Under the pieces are notes generated by a model. It was given only the letters and a program-made list of their open reading frames with translations. It was not told the origin of the DNA and did not search any database. A program made the translations under genes and the position numbers. From Gekko japonicus (taxonomy: Eukaryota), in NCBI RefSeq assembly GCF_001447785.1, contig NW_015165885.1, positions 62,001 to 126,000 on the forward strand: a stretch of 64,000 nt of DNA, in the 5' to 3' direction. Below, piece after piece: positions 47,418 through 62,700 of the stretch (position 1 is the first letter of the stretch; each line of letters begins with the position of its first letter).

Positions 47418-47764
47418 TCAGTAAGGGTATCCATGATGGTAACTTTCGTGGTGACGATAGTCATCTTGGTATCCTTCTTGGTACCCTTGGTGATAACCAT
47501 GGTATCCATACCCTGCATATTCATCTTCTGGGCATCGCATCCCAAGTGATTGTTGAATGGCCATTTCCTGTCGTCGAAGCTGCATAGAGTCAATCAGATC
47601 ATAAACAATCACCATGGACCACATTGGGGAAGGGTACCAGGATTTGACGTTTCCATCTTTTCCAACCAAAAGCATGGAGAAATATTCAGGGCTGATCTGG
47701 AAATAATTGCGAATGTCTTTCACCAAATGAGCCGGGAGATCTTCTCTGTCCACATTGGAGCTCC
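47418..47764 (-). CDS. CCDC80: CCDC80 last coding exon (GSSNVDREDLPAHLVKDIRNYFQ...HHGYPY*)
   Basis: Contains ORF 47418..47753; CCCCAG acceptor; TGA stop. Confidence 0.97.
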
Positions 47765-50700
47765 CTGGGGAATGAATGAATGAGAAGTACTGTCAGCATT
47801 AAGAATATAAAGCGAACACCATATTCCATAACTTCGTACTATTTGTAAGGTTCATTCTCATCATGTGACTCCTTACCATGTTAACAATAGTGGAATTATT
47901 CGAGTTGCAGTAGGATTTTCCCTCCCTTTCACAATCTTCTGCTGCTCCCTCCTATGGAAAACCTCCTGCCTTTGAAAAACTAAGTGACAGCAGTCTGCCA
48001 TAACTAGCAGCTAAAGCCCAGAAGGAATTCCTCACCGTTAATTGGGTACAGTTCCAGCACTCCACCAACATCATCTCCAAGGCCTAACAGCTTGAGGACA
48101 GTGATGTGACGCAGACCTGTACAGGAAGACAAACAGAATGTGGCAAGGCTTTTCGAGTAAGTAAAAAAGCAAAATTGCTGGAATGCAAACAATAAATACG
48201 TGCTCAAACATTGCCTCCCTCTCCATTCTAAACCCATTCAGTAAATAGGGTTGTTTCTTTAGGAGGGAGATTTAGTTAGACTGCTGTCCTAGAATGTAGG
48301 TGACAGATGTACCATTGTGTGAGTTGTATGGCAAGTGTGGAGACAGTTATCTTGCAAATGACTGAAAATCAAGCTTTCAGTAACCACGTCTTAATTCAGG
48401 CCATTCACAAAGAGCTGAGAGGAATATTAAGAGTCACGCCTTAACAGCTTACTAGTATTCCTTAAGGATCATAAGATCTCAGAAACTAAGTAGGGTCAGC
48501 CCTGGTTAGTATTTGGATGGGAAACCACCATGGAAGTCCAAGGTTGCTGCACAGAGGCAGGCAATGGCAAATAGCCTCTGTTCATCTCTTGTCTTGAAAA
48601 CCCTAGAGGATCATGATAAGCCCACTGTAACTTGATGACACTTTCCACCACTATTCCTTAGTGATATGAATGACCAGTGCAATGAAATGCTGAAAACCTG
48701 TGAAGGAACTTTACAACTAAATGCCATTTAAAAATATTTTAAAATATCTGTTCTCTTTTTCCAAGGCTTCAAGTGGCTTACAATGGCAGATCAAAACTAT
48801 ACTCTCTAATAATTGCTTCTACCAAAATATGTTCATCACACACATGTTCCCTCAGCATGCCTTAAAATAGGGGCCCTCAAGGTCTGCATATGGATGCTGA
48901 TGAAAAGCCGTTCTGCCCTGTGGAATGTTATGTGAGGGTTACATTGCAGGGCACTGTGGAGTAGTGCTTAGACTAGGATCTGGAAGACACCGGTTTGATC
49001 CCCATTCTGTCACGGAAGCTTGCTTAGTGACCTTGGGTCAATCATTCTCTCTCAGCCTAATCTTTGGGTTTGCTTTGGGAAGAAAGGTGGGGTATAAATG
49101 AAGTAAATAAACAAACACGTTTGCCAGCTTCTTACAGTACTCACTAGTACTGTAAGAGTGCCACTTAGGAAGGCACTCTCCACACCAGTACTGTGCATTG
49201 CTAATGGTTGCTGGTATAGAAACTCTAAACCAGGAGTTCCCAATTTAGTGGCCATGGTGCCCACAATGTATTTTTAGAAAGTGGGAGGAGCTAGGTTAGG
49301 AGCTTACCCAGCAGGGCTTCTGATTGGCGGTGCAGATTAAAAGGCATCCTGTTAAACAGAGCTCCTGCCTGAAATGTTGAAGAGTTACTATTACAATTAT
49401 ACATAACCTCACTCCCTGACAGTTTGTGGTTGGCTCTGCCTCCTCTGGCAGCCACCTTGTGACTGGCCCCTCCTTAGGGTTGCCAAGTCACTTGGACTCA
49501 CCGGCGGGGGAGCGTTGCTTGGGTCAGGGAGCTGCCGATGGACACGCGCGCGCCACCAGAACATCACAGGAAGTGACGCATGACGTAGAGCACGTTGGGG
49601 GCGTGGCCCCAATCGTTGGAGGGAAAACCATAGAGTTTTCCCTCCAACGATTGGGGCCATGCCCCCAACGTGCTCTATGTGGTTGCGTCACTTCCTATGC
49701 GCTTCGGGGGGAGGGTTCCCCCTGGGGCCCGATTCCATGGCGGTGGAAATCGGGCCTCCAAAGCAGGGGTTTACCTGCCCCCACTTGGCAGCCCTACCCC
49801 TCCTCCTGAGCAGTCTTTTTGTGATTGGTGCCCACTGCCCAGTGTCAGGATTCCAGCAGTGCCTGCAGGCTTTAAAAGGCTGGGGACCCCTGTTATAAAT
49901 CATCTGATTGGTGCATGTGTACAAATACTTGAAAAAAATTATAGCCCTTGCATAGAGCATGTCAAAGTTAATTTGGTGTTATTCAACTATAGACTATAAT
50001 GTGTAACATAGTTCTCAGATCATACCGAAGTATATATCCTCTGAGATTAATGGGATTGCATTAGTAATGAAATCTAAAGGTACGGGGTTATCTATAGTTC
50101 AATAATCAGACATGGCCCTCACGCTGAAGAATTTTGTTGAAGAGCAGCTAATAGCCAGAAAGCAAGGGAATGGTGTCTTATAACTTACCAAAATTGCAAA
50201 CTTGTCCCACAAGGGCAGAAACTTGCTGTGAATAGGCCCAGTCCTCATCACTGGGAGCAGATATAACTAGAAGCCTCCTCCTCCATCGGAATCTTTAATG
50301 AAAAGAGGATGTACAAAATGTAATTAAGACCCGTGTGCAAAATGCAGTGGCTTAGGTCATACAGCCCATTTCTGACAACTGAAGAGCACTTCAATTAATA
50401 TAGAAAGGGCACAATTTCCACTAATCCCTCCTCCCACTGCAGGTCCTCGGTTTGCCTGCTATACTGTTCAGGAGGGTTGGCTGATCGCCACGAAGCTGTA
50501 GTGGGAAAGGGATGAAGGGAAAGTGTGAACAGACATGGCAGTGAGTATTGGAGCCATGTAGCGGAAGCAGATAAAACCCTGGGATGGGTGGAAACCTTGT
50601 GAAATCAGGCACATCAGATTTTTATACCATGGGTGGTCTGGTTTTTGTGTTGAGAAACAATCCCTACAATCTTCAGCCACAAATTAGCCCATTAATTGTG

Positions 50701-53700
50701 GCACAAACAGTTGTAAATCAGAACCCCCCAGTCAGATACAGCCTTGTCATTTAGTAGGCTTCTAAACAAAACCTACTTTGAAGAATGAGAAAGTGGACTC
50801 AAAAGTGGGAGAGATGGAGTATCCTAAACTGTTTCTCAAAGGAACATAAAGACTCTCTTCCCTCTTCCTGTTTACTGCAGCTGCCTTTTACTTCCACTGA
50901 CTTTGGATCATATCCTGTCCTGGAAAGTACCCCCATAGTTAAGCAACTGGTTAGGAAAGATCTGGGCACATCTTGAATGCAATTTCTCTCCTCCCTGCCC
51001 CAATGAACATCCTGCCAGTAAACGATCAGTAAAGGCAGTAAAGGCATCATAGGTCAAAAATATAGATGTTCAGCAAATTATGAGCAAAAGTTCTGAACTA
51101 GCTAAACATATTATAAAGTATTATAAAGTAACCTAGTTCTAGATTTTATCTCAAATCCTGCTTCAGTGGGGAGGGTGGGGTATAAATCCAAGAAACAAAT
51201 AAAATAATTTTCTAAGCTTTAAGATATTGCCAACTGCAATAACAGTGCTTAGAACTGTGCTAAAGGTTCAGCCCAATCCACAGTCCTGTATATGTGAAGT
51301 AAGAATATGTAAACTGATTGGTGCATTATTGGTTCTAGTGGAATAAACTCAGCTTACATTTACATTCTTCAGCTGTGGATGAGGCCATTTGGGAACATAA
51401 GGAAGCAACAGAACTCAAGTGCCTTAAAATGCCATTTTGGGTTTCAGGTTATCCCATTTTGTTACTTCCAAGTTTCTGTAGAGCAGCAGCACTAATCTCA
51501 GGGAAAGATACTTTTTCCACTTCAGCCCTCCCCCATTAAGAGACCACCTTCTGTTGCCTTACTCAGGAAACTTGGTGGGTGGGGTGACACATCTGTAGTA
51601 ATGAGCTTAGACGGGTCATTTTATACTTTCAAAATAATATTCCATTCCCATAGAAGTACCTACGCTAACTGGGTTTAGAGGAATGTACAGAGCTACACAG
51701 GAATTTTCGTAGCAGGAAATGGTCTTTTAAATGGCTGCAGATGTTACTGATTTGCAGGGGATGCCTCAGCATTTATGTTTACCCCTTGTTCTGAACCTTC
51801 ACTTTCCCTTTTTTAATAAGGGACCAGTCCTTTCATCACTGAGGAACTGTGAGCTGATTCAAACATTATGCTGTAGGTATGTTTATGCCTTGTCTACTGC
51901 ACATCTCTCAGTGAAAACTACTGTTTGTAAATGTGTGGTGTATTCAATCTGACCAAAGTATGTATTGTGAACTCTGTCATTGAAACACCATGTGAAGCTT
52001 TCATCCTGGGCTAGGATCCTAATCCCTCACTTGTAATTGGTAGCCCAGGAAGAACCGACCAATCACCAACAGCCAGTTCCAAGAGCAGGAACTATTGTGA
52101 TTGGACCTTATCTCTGCAACCTCATAGGTTGATATTGTAGAATAGGGCGTGGCTACATTAGCCGGGAGAGTTTAAAAGTAGAACAGCTTCAATGTAAAAG
52201 CTGTTCTGGCTATTCGTGTTGATCTGTTTGGAGTTGAATTATGAGTTGATTAATAAAGCTGCTCTTTTGCTGAAATCATTCTCTGAGTCTTTGTTAAGTA
52301 ACCGACTTAACAAAATGGGTCTGTAAAGACATGGAGATGTACATGGGGCACAGAGAGGCAGGTAGTGGTTACACCTGTGAGATATACTAAACAATCGGTT
52401 ATACGAATAGGTTCACACTCTGCACTCATACTCAAAACAACTATTACTATTACTAGTGCCATTTGATAACCATAGGTAGTACTGTACCGAGTAATGTAAA
52501 ACGAAACATATATTATGTGTATATATACTGTTCTTAATATACCAATAAAAATATATTTTAAAAAAAGAGAGAGAGGCAGGTAGTGCATGCATACCCAGCA
52601 TGGGGTTGCCACTGAAAACAGTATTCTGGGCTGGTTTCCTTTCCTCTCCCTGTATCATGCAGGATCACAGATACTGTGCCAGGACATCACCATGGTGTAC
52701 ATTTATTCACCCCTGTGGCAGACCATGTATGGATCAGTTGGGATCCGGGGGGGGGGTACATCATACTGCCCATTCACCTGGCACAAAGTGCACACACAGG
52801 GTCTCACTTGCAACTTTATTAGGGCACTGGTTTTACAGTCCTCATGGGCACGGTTACTTCTCTGATACTCTCAGTGCCTCATAACCCCATCCCTTTCATC
52901 TATTCCTTCTCCACCTTTTCCTGAGCTGCTCCTTGGGGTCTCACCCTGCAGGAGAATGGCCCTAAGACCACTATGTAGACTTTCCTTACACAGACACATA
53001 ATGGCAAGCATCCATCTAACTTATATTGGCAATACAGGGTATGGAACCAGGCCCCATTGGGGCATTGTGGAGTGATGCTGACTGGGGCTGGGAAAGAGCT
53101 GGGAGTGTCCATTCCTCTCTTCTTCCACTGTCAAATCTGATAGGTCATTTGCTGGTTTATAACAAAACTCAAAGCACAGGCATTTAAACCCTGGGAACAG
53201 AGTCTGCGGTCCAAGATAAGTTCAGACAACACTATCACCCTTGTTAAATTTACTGTGGCCTTTTAAATGGAGACAAATTAAAGTCCTGCCCCTACTGAGT
53301 CGGGAGAATTCTCAGCGTTGGTTAGTTGTTCCCTTTGCTGGGGCTTCAACTTACAAATTAAGAACAATCAACATCATTACTTTGAATGCTTTGCCCAGAG
53401 GAGCAATGTCTGAGAAAAGATGCCGCTTCCTGCTGTTTCATTCAAGGGCGAGAGGTAATTACAGCAAACAAATTAGTGCTGTCAACATTCAAAGACTAGG
53501 GATGCATGGGGGGGGGGATTATGTCTGGTGACATTTCCATTTATAGATATTCTGTTTCTGTAGTCCTCCCAACTGTCTTTATTTGAATTATAAGAGATAT
53601 CCAAAGGCAAACAATGTTGTGTGGTTTCCCCTTCCTCTGGAAGGATACAGCCTTTTCACTGTCTTGGATGCATATGTGTTTCCTAATTATAGCTGTTCCT

Positions 53701-56700
53701 AATGGTCTAAAGTAAGAATGGCCCAATGCCTGAAAATAGTAAAAACTGTCCTGGAAATTTAAGGAAGCTCTAGTTTAAAAAGGCCACTTAGAATTTACAG
53801 GCATTATTCTCAATCAGACTAGATCCATCTCTCTTGGTATCAATATGAAGATGGCTTACTTGGATATGCACAGAAAGTCTAATAACAGATCAGAGTATTC
53901 TTCACTTCAAGGGTGATCTAACATTTACCATTGTTTTACAGGTCTCAATTAAAATCATAGTAAATGCTTCTGGGGTTCTGGCATAAGTCATCAACAAATT
54001 GTACTGTTCCACTTCTGCAGTTTCGTGTTGCCTACTCTAACCATTTCCTCATCATTCTCAGCACCCCAGTAATTTTCATGGCAATTCACACTAACGATGG
54101 ACTGGCTCAAAAATGCATTCATATTATTCAATATTTTATCATTCAAGCCTAGTTCACCTAAGCAGCAGATGAGGAGACAGAACATTTCCTTTACTGCTCA
54201 GCCTTGGACTGCAAGTACAAGACTGGCTGGTTAAATATTTACACGTGATAAACATTCTCTTAACATACAATGCTAACATATCAGTGGGAGACCAGGCAAG
54301 CCTAAAACTCTTCTATAAGACCATCCCAGTTGGTTTGTACATGGAGGTTTTATATGGGGAGATATTTAGTCATCTGTAGTCTGACATTTCGAAGTATGGG
54401 CTGGCCTTCTGTTCTGCTTTCCTACCCCAACTCAGGTCCAACCCTCAGTTCCACACACAGCATGGAGAAATCCATGGGAATAAATTATTATCAGATGTGA
54501 AGATAGATGAAAAGACAGAATAAAGACACTTAAATGGAAGTGAAATATTAAAATTAAATACAAGTAAGTTCTATATAAATGAACGACTTGATTGATAACT
54601 GCATGATTTAGATGATTGTAGTTTATGATTTATGTATGATCTATATGATTGTGTTTATGCCCTATGTATGATTTAGATTAATATAGATGATTGTATTTTG
54701 TGTTTTATGTTTATGTGTTTTTAAACTGAAATAACAATATTTTTTAGAAAAGAGAAACCCATGTGTGCAATTATGTACACACAGTCTTCTGCTATGTACA
54801 ATATCTGTACTGGGAAACTAATCCAGTGCTAGTATTAAGGAACAGAACAACACAATCTCAGATACTTTCTAAAAATACAATCACAGATATTTTTCTGATT
54901 CAGGCTGTAATAAATTGGAAAGGCGAGGGACTGCCAAAATGCAACGTGAGGTTCCCCTACCAGAAGGTATTCAGTCTACTCATCTCTTGCTAATGAAGGG
55001 AGCTCAAACTGCCTCAGGCTTCTCTGAATCTAACCCCAGTCTAGTCATTCACACTCCCATTCCGGATGATCTGTGCTCCCCAAGATTTTTGTGTTGGAAG
55101 TTCTAGGCAGCTGCCCAGTGTAAGCCTGCACTCAACAAGTATGATATTGACATAATTAAGAAAAAAGAATAGGAACCTGACACAGAATCATAGAGTTCGA
55201 AGGGGCTATACAGGCCATCTAGTCCAACCCCCTGCTCAATGCTGGATCAGCCTGAAGCAGCCGTGACAAGTGTTTGTCCAGCTGCTACTTGAAGACTTCC
55301 AATGAGGAGGAGCTCACCACCTTTCGAAGCAGCTGATTCCACTGCGAAACTACTCTTACTGTAAAACAAAATTCCTAATATCCAGCTGCTATCTTTCCAT
55401 TAGGGGTGTGCACTCAGTATATACTGAGCCAAATAAATACCATTGGCATTTTGGGGGTATTTATTCAGCGCAATACAGATTGGAGACTCTGATTCAGCTA
55501 CCGAAATAGCCACGCCCAAACAAAAGCTCATAGGGTATAATGGAGTCAAATAATTCCAGGTTTCTCAAATATCTACCCGAATCCCAGTACAGTACTGATA
55601 CTGGTATTTGGGAATATTTGGAATAGCAATATTTTCCAGGTCCAACAGACCCAAATTGGGAAAAAAACCCAATTTTTTTTTTGCACACCCCTCCATAATT
55701 TAAACTCATTATTGTGTTATCCTCTGCTGCTAACAGCTCCCTGCCCTCCTCCTAAATGACAGCCTTTCAAATATTTAAAGAGAGCAACCATGTCCCCACT
55801 CTACCACCTCTTCTCCAGACTGAACATTCCCAAGTCCCTCAGCCTTTCCTCTTAGGGCTTGGTCTTCAGGCAGCTGATCATCTTTGTCACTCTGCACCTG
55901 CTCCATTCTGTCCACATCCTTTTTGAAGTGAGTCCTCCAAAACTGCACACAGTATTCCAGTTGTGGCCTGACTGATGCAGTCTACTGCACAACTATGACA
56001 TCTTCTGATTAGGATGTTATGCCTCTGTCGATACCCCCCAAAACCACATTAGCCCTTTTTTTTGCTGCTGCATCAAACTGACAGCTCATATTTAGCTTAC
56101 AGTCTACCCATACCCCAAGATCTTGTTCACACACACTGCTCCCTAGAAGTCTGTCCCCCATCCTGTATGCTCGCTTCTCATTTTCATTACTCAGATGTAG
56201 AACTCTGCACTTATTCTTGTTAAACTGCACTTTATTCACATCCACCCAGTTTCCCAGGGTGTACAGCTCTTGTTTAATTCTGTCTCTATCTTTTGGTGTG
56301 TTTGCTATTCCTCTCGAACTGATGTCATTAGCAAATTTAGTGAGTAGTCCCTCCACCCCATTATCCAGATCATTTATAAAAATACTGAAAAATACCAAGC
56401 CCAGAACTGAGGACTGTGGCACCCCACTGGATACCGCCCTTCAATCATGCTCAAGGCTTTCAGGAAATACCTGGACAAAAAGTTTTCCAGGGATTGTTTC
56501 TTGTCATCTTTGCAGACAATGCCTTCCCGTTTCTGTTTTTCCATATCTTTGATACGTGATGGGAAAGTATCAACCAGATCAAACACTGACTTCATTGCTA
56601 TGGGCACTTCATAATATTGCTGTAAAAGGAAAGGATAAGAATGGGTTGAATCACAAACAAATTCCTTGGCATCTGTATTTTCGTTTCAACTTAATCATGA

Positions 56701-59700
56701 ATAGCAACTAGTACTGGTAGATTAGTATTGTTGTACTATAGGTGCTTCCACCGATAGTACCTCCCAAGTGCTGCTCCTCTGATACTTCAGGCAGATACAA
56801 AAGTTACAAGGAACACAAGGTTGTTGCCAAAAATAGCGTCCATGTGTTGAGGCAGCCCTCCCTTTCCATAATGGCTAGTAGAATTTACATCCACATGATA
56901 CTACACTGGATTCCTGCTTTTTGGCCACCCCATGACCACCTAACATTCTTCATGAACTTTAACACAACACAGAATCAGTCTATTAAAAGATTCATTACTT
57001 TTTTGTCTGCTTTATAACAATCTATGGCATCTACATCCATCAAGCACAAGACAGAGAAGCATAAAACTGTATCTGCCTACTGGTTTCCTCAGGGTTCCAA
57101 AAGAATTCTGGAATGTATTTTGGAAATTCATGTGACTGAGTCATTGACCAAAAGCATAACCAACTTCCCAGATTCCATGTTGCCGATGTTACTGTTATTA
57201 GCCATCAGCAGTTACAAAAAGGGAACTCATTGAACAGTTACAGAATTAAGACAGAGAGTATGGTTTAGACCCTACTATTATTACTTAGATCTTATTACGC
57301 AAGTGCAACAGAGTCAATGGAAAACAACTATCCAACCTCCCCTTCTGCTACAGCCTGCCATGCTTTCTGAAAGCATTCCTTCAGGAGTTGCTTGACCCCC
57401 TTCCTCACCCCTGAACAGCAGGGGGGGTGAAGTGGCTTGTTTCTCTATTGGTGCACAGTTTTAATTGTAAGCCAGGTCAAGCAGGATTCCAAATATGCTG
57501 CACAGAAATACCCTAAATAAATAAAGTGTGAGTGGTGGTGGGGGGGTCTGCAGTGGGACTGGAGAATTGGTGGAAATCACTTTCTCCCTCTTCCATAGGT
57601 AGAAGAGCTGTTCACAAGATGAAAATGTATTTAGAATCCAAACCTTAATTAATTAATTTTTAATTAATTAATTAAATTTATACCCTGCCGTATCCCACAA
57701 GTGGGCTCAGGGTGGCTTACAGCATACAGTCCATAAAACAATAAAACAATAAAAACAATAAAACAGTTGATGGCAAGGTACACAATATCATCAAACCCCA
57801 TGCCTCATATCAGGTGAATATAGGTGCTCTATCTAGGCCCAATAATACTATCTGTCAGCAGGCACTGGGAAAGAGGCCGTAAACAGGGGAGGCCAGAATG
57901 GTTAAATGTCCACCGCCTCAATCAAAAGCCTGGCAGAACAGATCCGTTTTACAGACCCTGCAGAACTGTAATAGGTCCTGCAGGGCCCTGATCTTGGGTG
58001 TTCTACCAGGTTGGGGCAAGGGGCAAAAAAGCCCTTGCCCTGGTTGAGGCTAAGCAGACGTCCCTTGGGCCAGGGATCACAAGGAGGTGTTGATCAGAAG
58101 AGCATAAAGCTCTCCAGGGCTCATATAGGGAGAGGCGGTCCCATAGGTATGATGGTTCCAGGCCACATAGGGCTTTAAAGGTCAAAACCATAACCTTGAA
58201 ATGGATCCAGTATTCAGTCAGCAGTCAGTGCAGTTGGCGCAACACTGGCTAAAGATGCAACTGAAAATGCCTTCAGCAGGGGTCATTTCCTAGAAAAAGA
58301 GCTAGGGGAACTCATTAGCATAACTCATTAGCATATGCCACACCCCCTGACATCACCGGAAGTGTGTCATAAGGCCACACACCCCGCCCCCAACGGTCCC
58401 GGCCGCTGGCCTTGCAACTCCACTGCCGAGCCCCATGAAGGGCCCGGCGGTGGACCTGCAAGGCCGGCGGGAGTGCAAGGAAGCCCCGCGAAGGCCCTCC
58501 CTGGCCCCAGGCAGGCAGGGGTGGGGAGAGGCAGGGAGGAAGCAACTTACCCTCCCTCTTCTCCTGCCTCCTCCTGGCTAAATGAGGGCCGGAAGCGGGG
58601 CAGCCGGAAGCAGGGGGCGGGGCTTCGTCATGTGCCCCGCCCCGTACCTCACCCAGGGGAACTGCGATCCCCCGCGATCCCCCCCAAAATGACCTCTGGC
58701 CTTCAGCCTTTTTGTAGAGTGAAACCGTGACCTAGGGTGTGCCATCTTCAAATACAGGTGCATTCCGTACTATTAGAAACCATAGGATTGGTCTCCAAAG
58801 GCCAACAGCTTCAACGCCACTTACTTTTCCAATTACTAGCACATTTTTTGTTCTGCTCTGCCCTGATCTTGCTTCTTGATCCACTTGTGCATCTAGCCTT
58901 CCTTTCTGCCCATCCCCGTATAGTGTTGTTCATTATTCCAATGCTTTTTCTAAGTTAAATCTCCCTACCTTGGCCCTCATGTCTGTGTCTGTCAGAACCA
59001 TGAAGAAGTCATTGTATGTCATTCCATATTCTCTTCTCAGCTCATTGATGAGATGCTGGTCCACCAGGTCTTCATCTTCTATCACTTTCATAGGCTTCTC
59101 ATTGTCTTCAAGCAAAAAAACGCATAAGAATAAGTGCCAAGAAACAAGATTTAAAACAGAACATCTTCATAAACAGACATCTGAGAGCTATTCTTCTGAC
59201 TCTCAAGTCCAGATGGAAGTAATAAGAATTCTCCTGAATCGAAATAGATTGTGCAGAATTTAAATCACCATAACATTAATCAGGGGTACGTAACCCTGGG
59301 TCTCTCGCTTTCTGACTGATTTGGCTTCAATAATTAGAATGATACTTTAAAGCTCACACCTCACTAAGAGCCAGACAAATCACTTTAAAGCTTTTGCTAA
59401 GAAGCATATTAATGTACTAATTAATAGTACAAATTAAAGGTACTAACAGCAATTCAAAAAGACTACCAGCAGTGGCATTTTAGAAGACTGATGGAGACCA
59501 CTGTGTGAAAAAGAGATGTGAAATTCTACAATACATTAAACCCCAGCAGTTCTCTAATTAATGTTAATATTTGTACACTTTAAATTAATTGGAATCATGT
59601 ATGTGTATTTGTTTATGTTTACACTGCACGGCACCGAAGCTCTTGCCCTTGAATGAGCTCTTGGGGAACAGTTTATTTTAATAAGGAATCCTCATTACTC

Positions 59701-62700
59701 ACTCCTAATAATTTTCACACAGATTTTAAAAAGAACCCTGATGGTCTAATTCTCTGCAGAGAGTAGCATCCAAAAAAGACTTCAAATGACATAAACAATT
59801 GTTAGAAAACTTGTCTGTTTCAGAAAAGCTGTACCAGCCTGATTTCATCTTCTTACATCAATATATCGAATTATCAACATGGCCAAATCTGTGGATACTT
59901 AAATCCAGAGACTGGAATAATGAAGAGAGAAGGCAGATCTTTCTATAAACTTAAAAAAGCCCCAAGTTTGCAGAAATGAAATATTTTAAAAAAATACATT
60001 GGAGGATTATAACCCTACAAAATTATAGAATCAGTGTCTGTAGTGATAACAAATTAATGTCCTCAGTGGTCACTGCTAGGCAACGACAACAGTGTTGCTA
60101 ATGTTCAAGCCTTGGTTTCTGTCAGTAAAGGCAGGCAAGGGGGCACAGAGCTTTCCAGTACTGCTTGGTCTTTGAGGGCAGACTCATTGGGACCAGGTCT
60201 GGCAGCAACCATTAGGGATGAGCATTAACAGCATTTTTGCAGTTCATGACCAAACCATGAACCAAACCACAAACCGATATGAACTGGGAGGTTGATTCAC
60301 AAACTGAACTGGTTTGTATCTGTTTGTGATCCCTGCTTTCTACTCCTCACCGCTTATTGATGGGAGCAGAAAGTAGGGGGTTAAATGACTACAAGTCATT
60401 TAAACCTCTCCTTTCTGCTCCCCACCACTTTCTGCTCCCTGTGAAAAACAGTGGGGAGCAGAAAGCATAGTGGCAGGGAGCAGAAAGCAGAGCAGAAAGC
60501 AGAAATGTCTCAGCCATTTAAACCTCTGCTTTCTGCTCCCTGCTGCTCAGCTGTTTCTTTGTGAAGAGCAGAAAGCAGGAGTTTAAAAATGGCTCTGAGC
60601 CGTTTAAACCCCCGCTTTCTACTCTACACAAACCATCATGAACTGCCTTAAAATTCATGAAAGTTCGTGGCGGCTCTTCAGTTTGCAAACCACAAACCAG
60701 CCAAAATTCATCACAAACTTTTGTTCATGAGCCAGTTCATGCCCATCCGCAGCAACTTGCTATCACCTGACTTATATGATTCGCCCAGGCTTGGCTGCTT
60801 GAACAGCAGCTTCCCCATGAAAACCAGTGCTGTGTAGTGATTAGAGTTTCAGAGCAGAATATAGGAGACCCAGGTTCTAATTCCCACTCTGCTGTGGAAG
60901 CTCACTGGGTAACTTTGGGTCAGTCAAACACTCTTTGGCTGTGGTCACACATGCTAAATAATCTACTTTCAGCACACTTTCCAACTGGATTTTTACTGTG
61001 TGAACTGGCAAAATCCAGTTGGAATTATTTAGTGTGTGTGACTGCAGCCTTAGTCTAACCTATTTTACAGGGTTATTGTGAGGATAAAATGGAGGAGAAT
61101 TATGTAAGCTGCTTTGGGAGAAATGCAGGGTATAAATGAAGTAAATAAAATCAGTATAGTGGAAGATGGGGTCAGATAAAGGAAGATTTGTTCGTTGGTG
61201 GGAGGAAGATAAAGACGCAGGGAAAGATATATGGGAGTGTTGCCAGGAGGAGGGAAATAGGAAATAGTGCAGGGAGTGGGATAGAGGGAGGAGTGAAGTA
61301 CCCCCCCACACACAAGTTCTTGTGGGTTCCCCACTGCACAATGGGAGCTAGTGGCCACCACTGTGCAACTGGATCAGAGTTTTCCTGGGGAGAGACTGCC
61401 AGGGGGAAGAAGGAGGGAAAGATGAAGACAAGAGGGCAGATAAAGGTAGGTTGGCTGGTGGGAGGGAAGGAAGCAGGAAAGAGGCTTTGGGGGCTGCCAG
61501 GGAAGGAAAAAAGAAAATAGTGAGGAAAGGTTGTGAGATTACCCCCCCCCCCGCCGCCTGCAAGTCATTTGGGGTGGCTTGTTAATACTGTTTACTGAAG
61601 CAGTTATTTGTAGTTTAATTCTAGTCTTTGGTATCCAGATATGTAAGATACTTCACCATACTATATAATCCTCTAAAATAGCACAACTTCAGATCGAGTA
61701 GACTTGATTCAGGTAAATTTAGTTATAATGGCTTGGATCCAACAGAAGAATTCATGGAAGGTGTTGGTGGAATAGATCTTTCTCCAAGCAGCCTGCTGTT
61801 GTCCCGAAACTCATATTTGAGGATCAGGATAGCCTTGCAAGCAAAATCGGGCACAATTATCAATTTCTCGCTCTTCTTCTTTTGGCTTTGGTGAGTGGAG
61901 GAGGAGGCAGGTGGCTATTATACACATATAATTGATAGACTGGGTAGAAGGAAGTGGTTTTACTGAGGGGTACAGTTAAAAAGTTGTTTCCAGGGTTTTT
62001 AAAAATGGGTCTAGGTAAGCACTCCAGAGCAGCAAAGACATTTTTAAAAATTCAGAAATAATAGAATTGATGGAACGTCAAGCAGTTGCTGCTTTGACAA
62101 TGCATGTGGTGGACTAACAACAAAATGGCTTAGATTCTTTTTTAATCTACCTTTCTGCCCATTAAAAGCAAGCACCTGGTCAGAAGGTAAGGTTCTAAGG
62201 GGGTTTATAGCCTTACCCAGTTAGCATCTTTAGAAGCAGCAGTGGTCTATCAGCAAAGCGTGTTCTGAATTTGGGTAAAGGCAGCAAAGGGAGGTGGGGG
62301 ACAGACTGATGGCAGTCGAAGAGGATTCTGGAGAGTCAGTGTGGTGTAGTGGTTAGAGTGTCAGACTACAATATGGGAGACCCAGGTTCAAATCCCCCAC
62401 TCTGACACAGAAACTCACTGGGTGACCTTGGAACAAAGTTTGAGTCCAGTGGCACCTTTAAGACCAATAAAGTTTAATTCTGGGCATTAGCTTTTGTGAT
62501 AGAAACTCACTGGGTGACCTTGGAACAAAGTTTGAGTCCAGTGGCACCTTTAAAACCAATAAAGTTTAATTCTGGGTATTAGCTTTTGTGAACGTGGGTC
62601 AGTTACACACTCTCCACCTAACCTACCTCACAGGGTTGTTGTGATGACAAAATGGATGAGGGGAGCTGGCTATAACCCACTTTGCGTCCCCACTGGGAAG

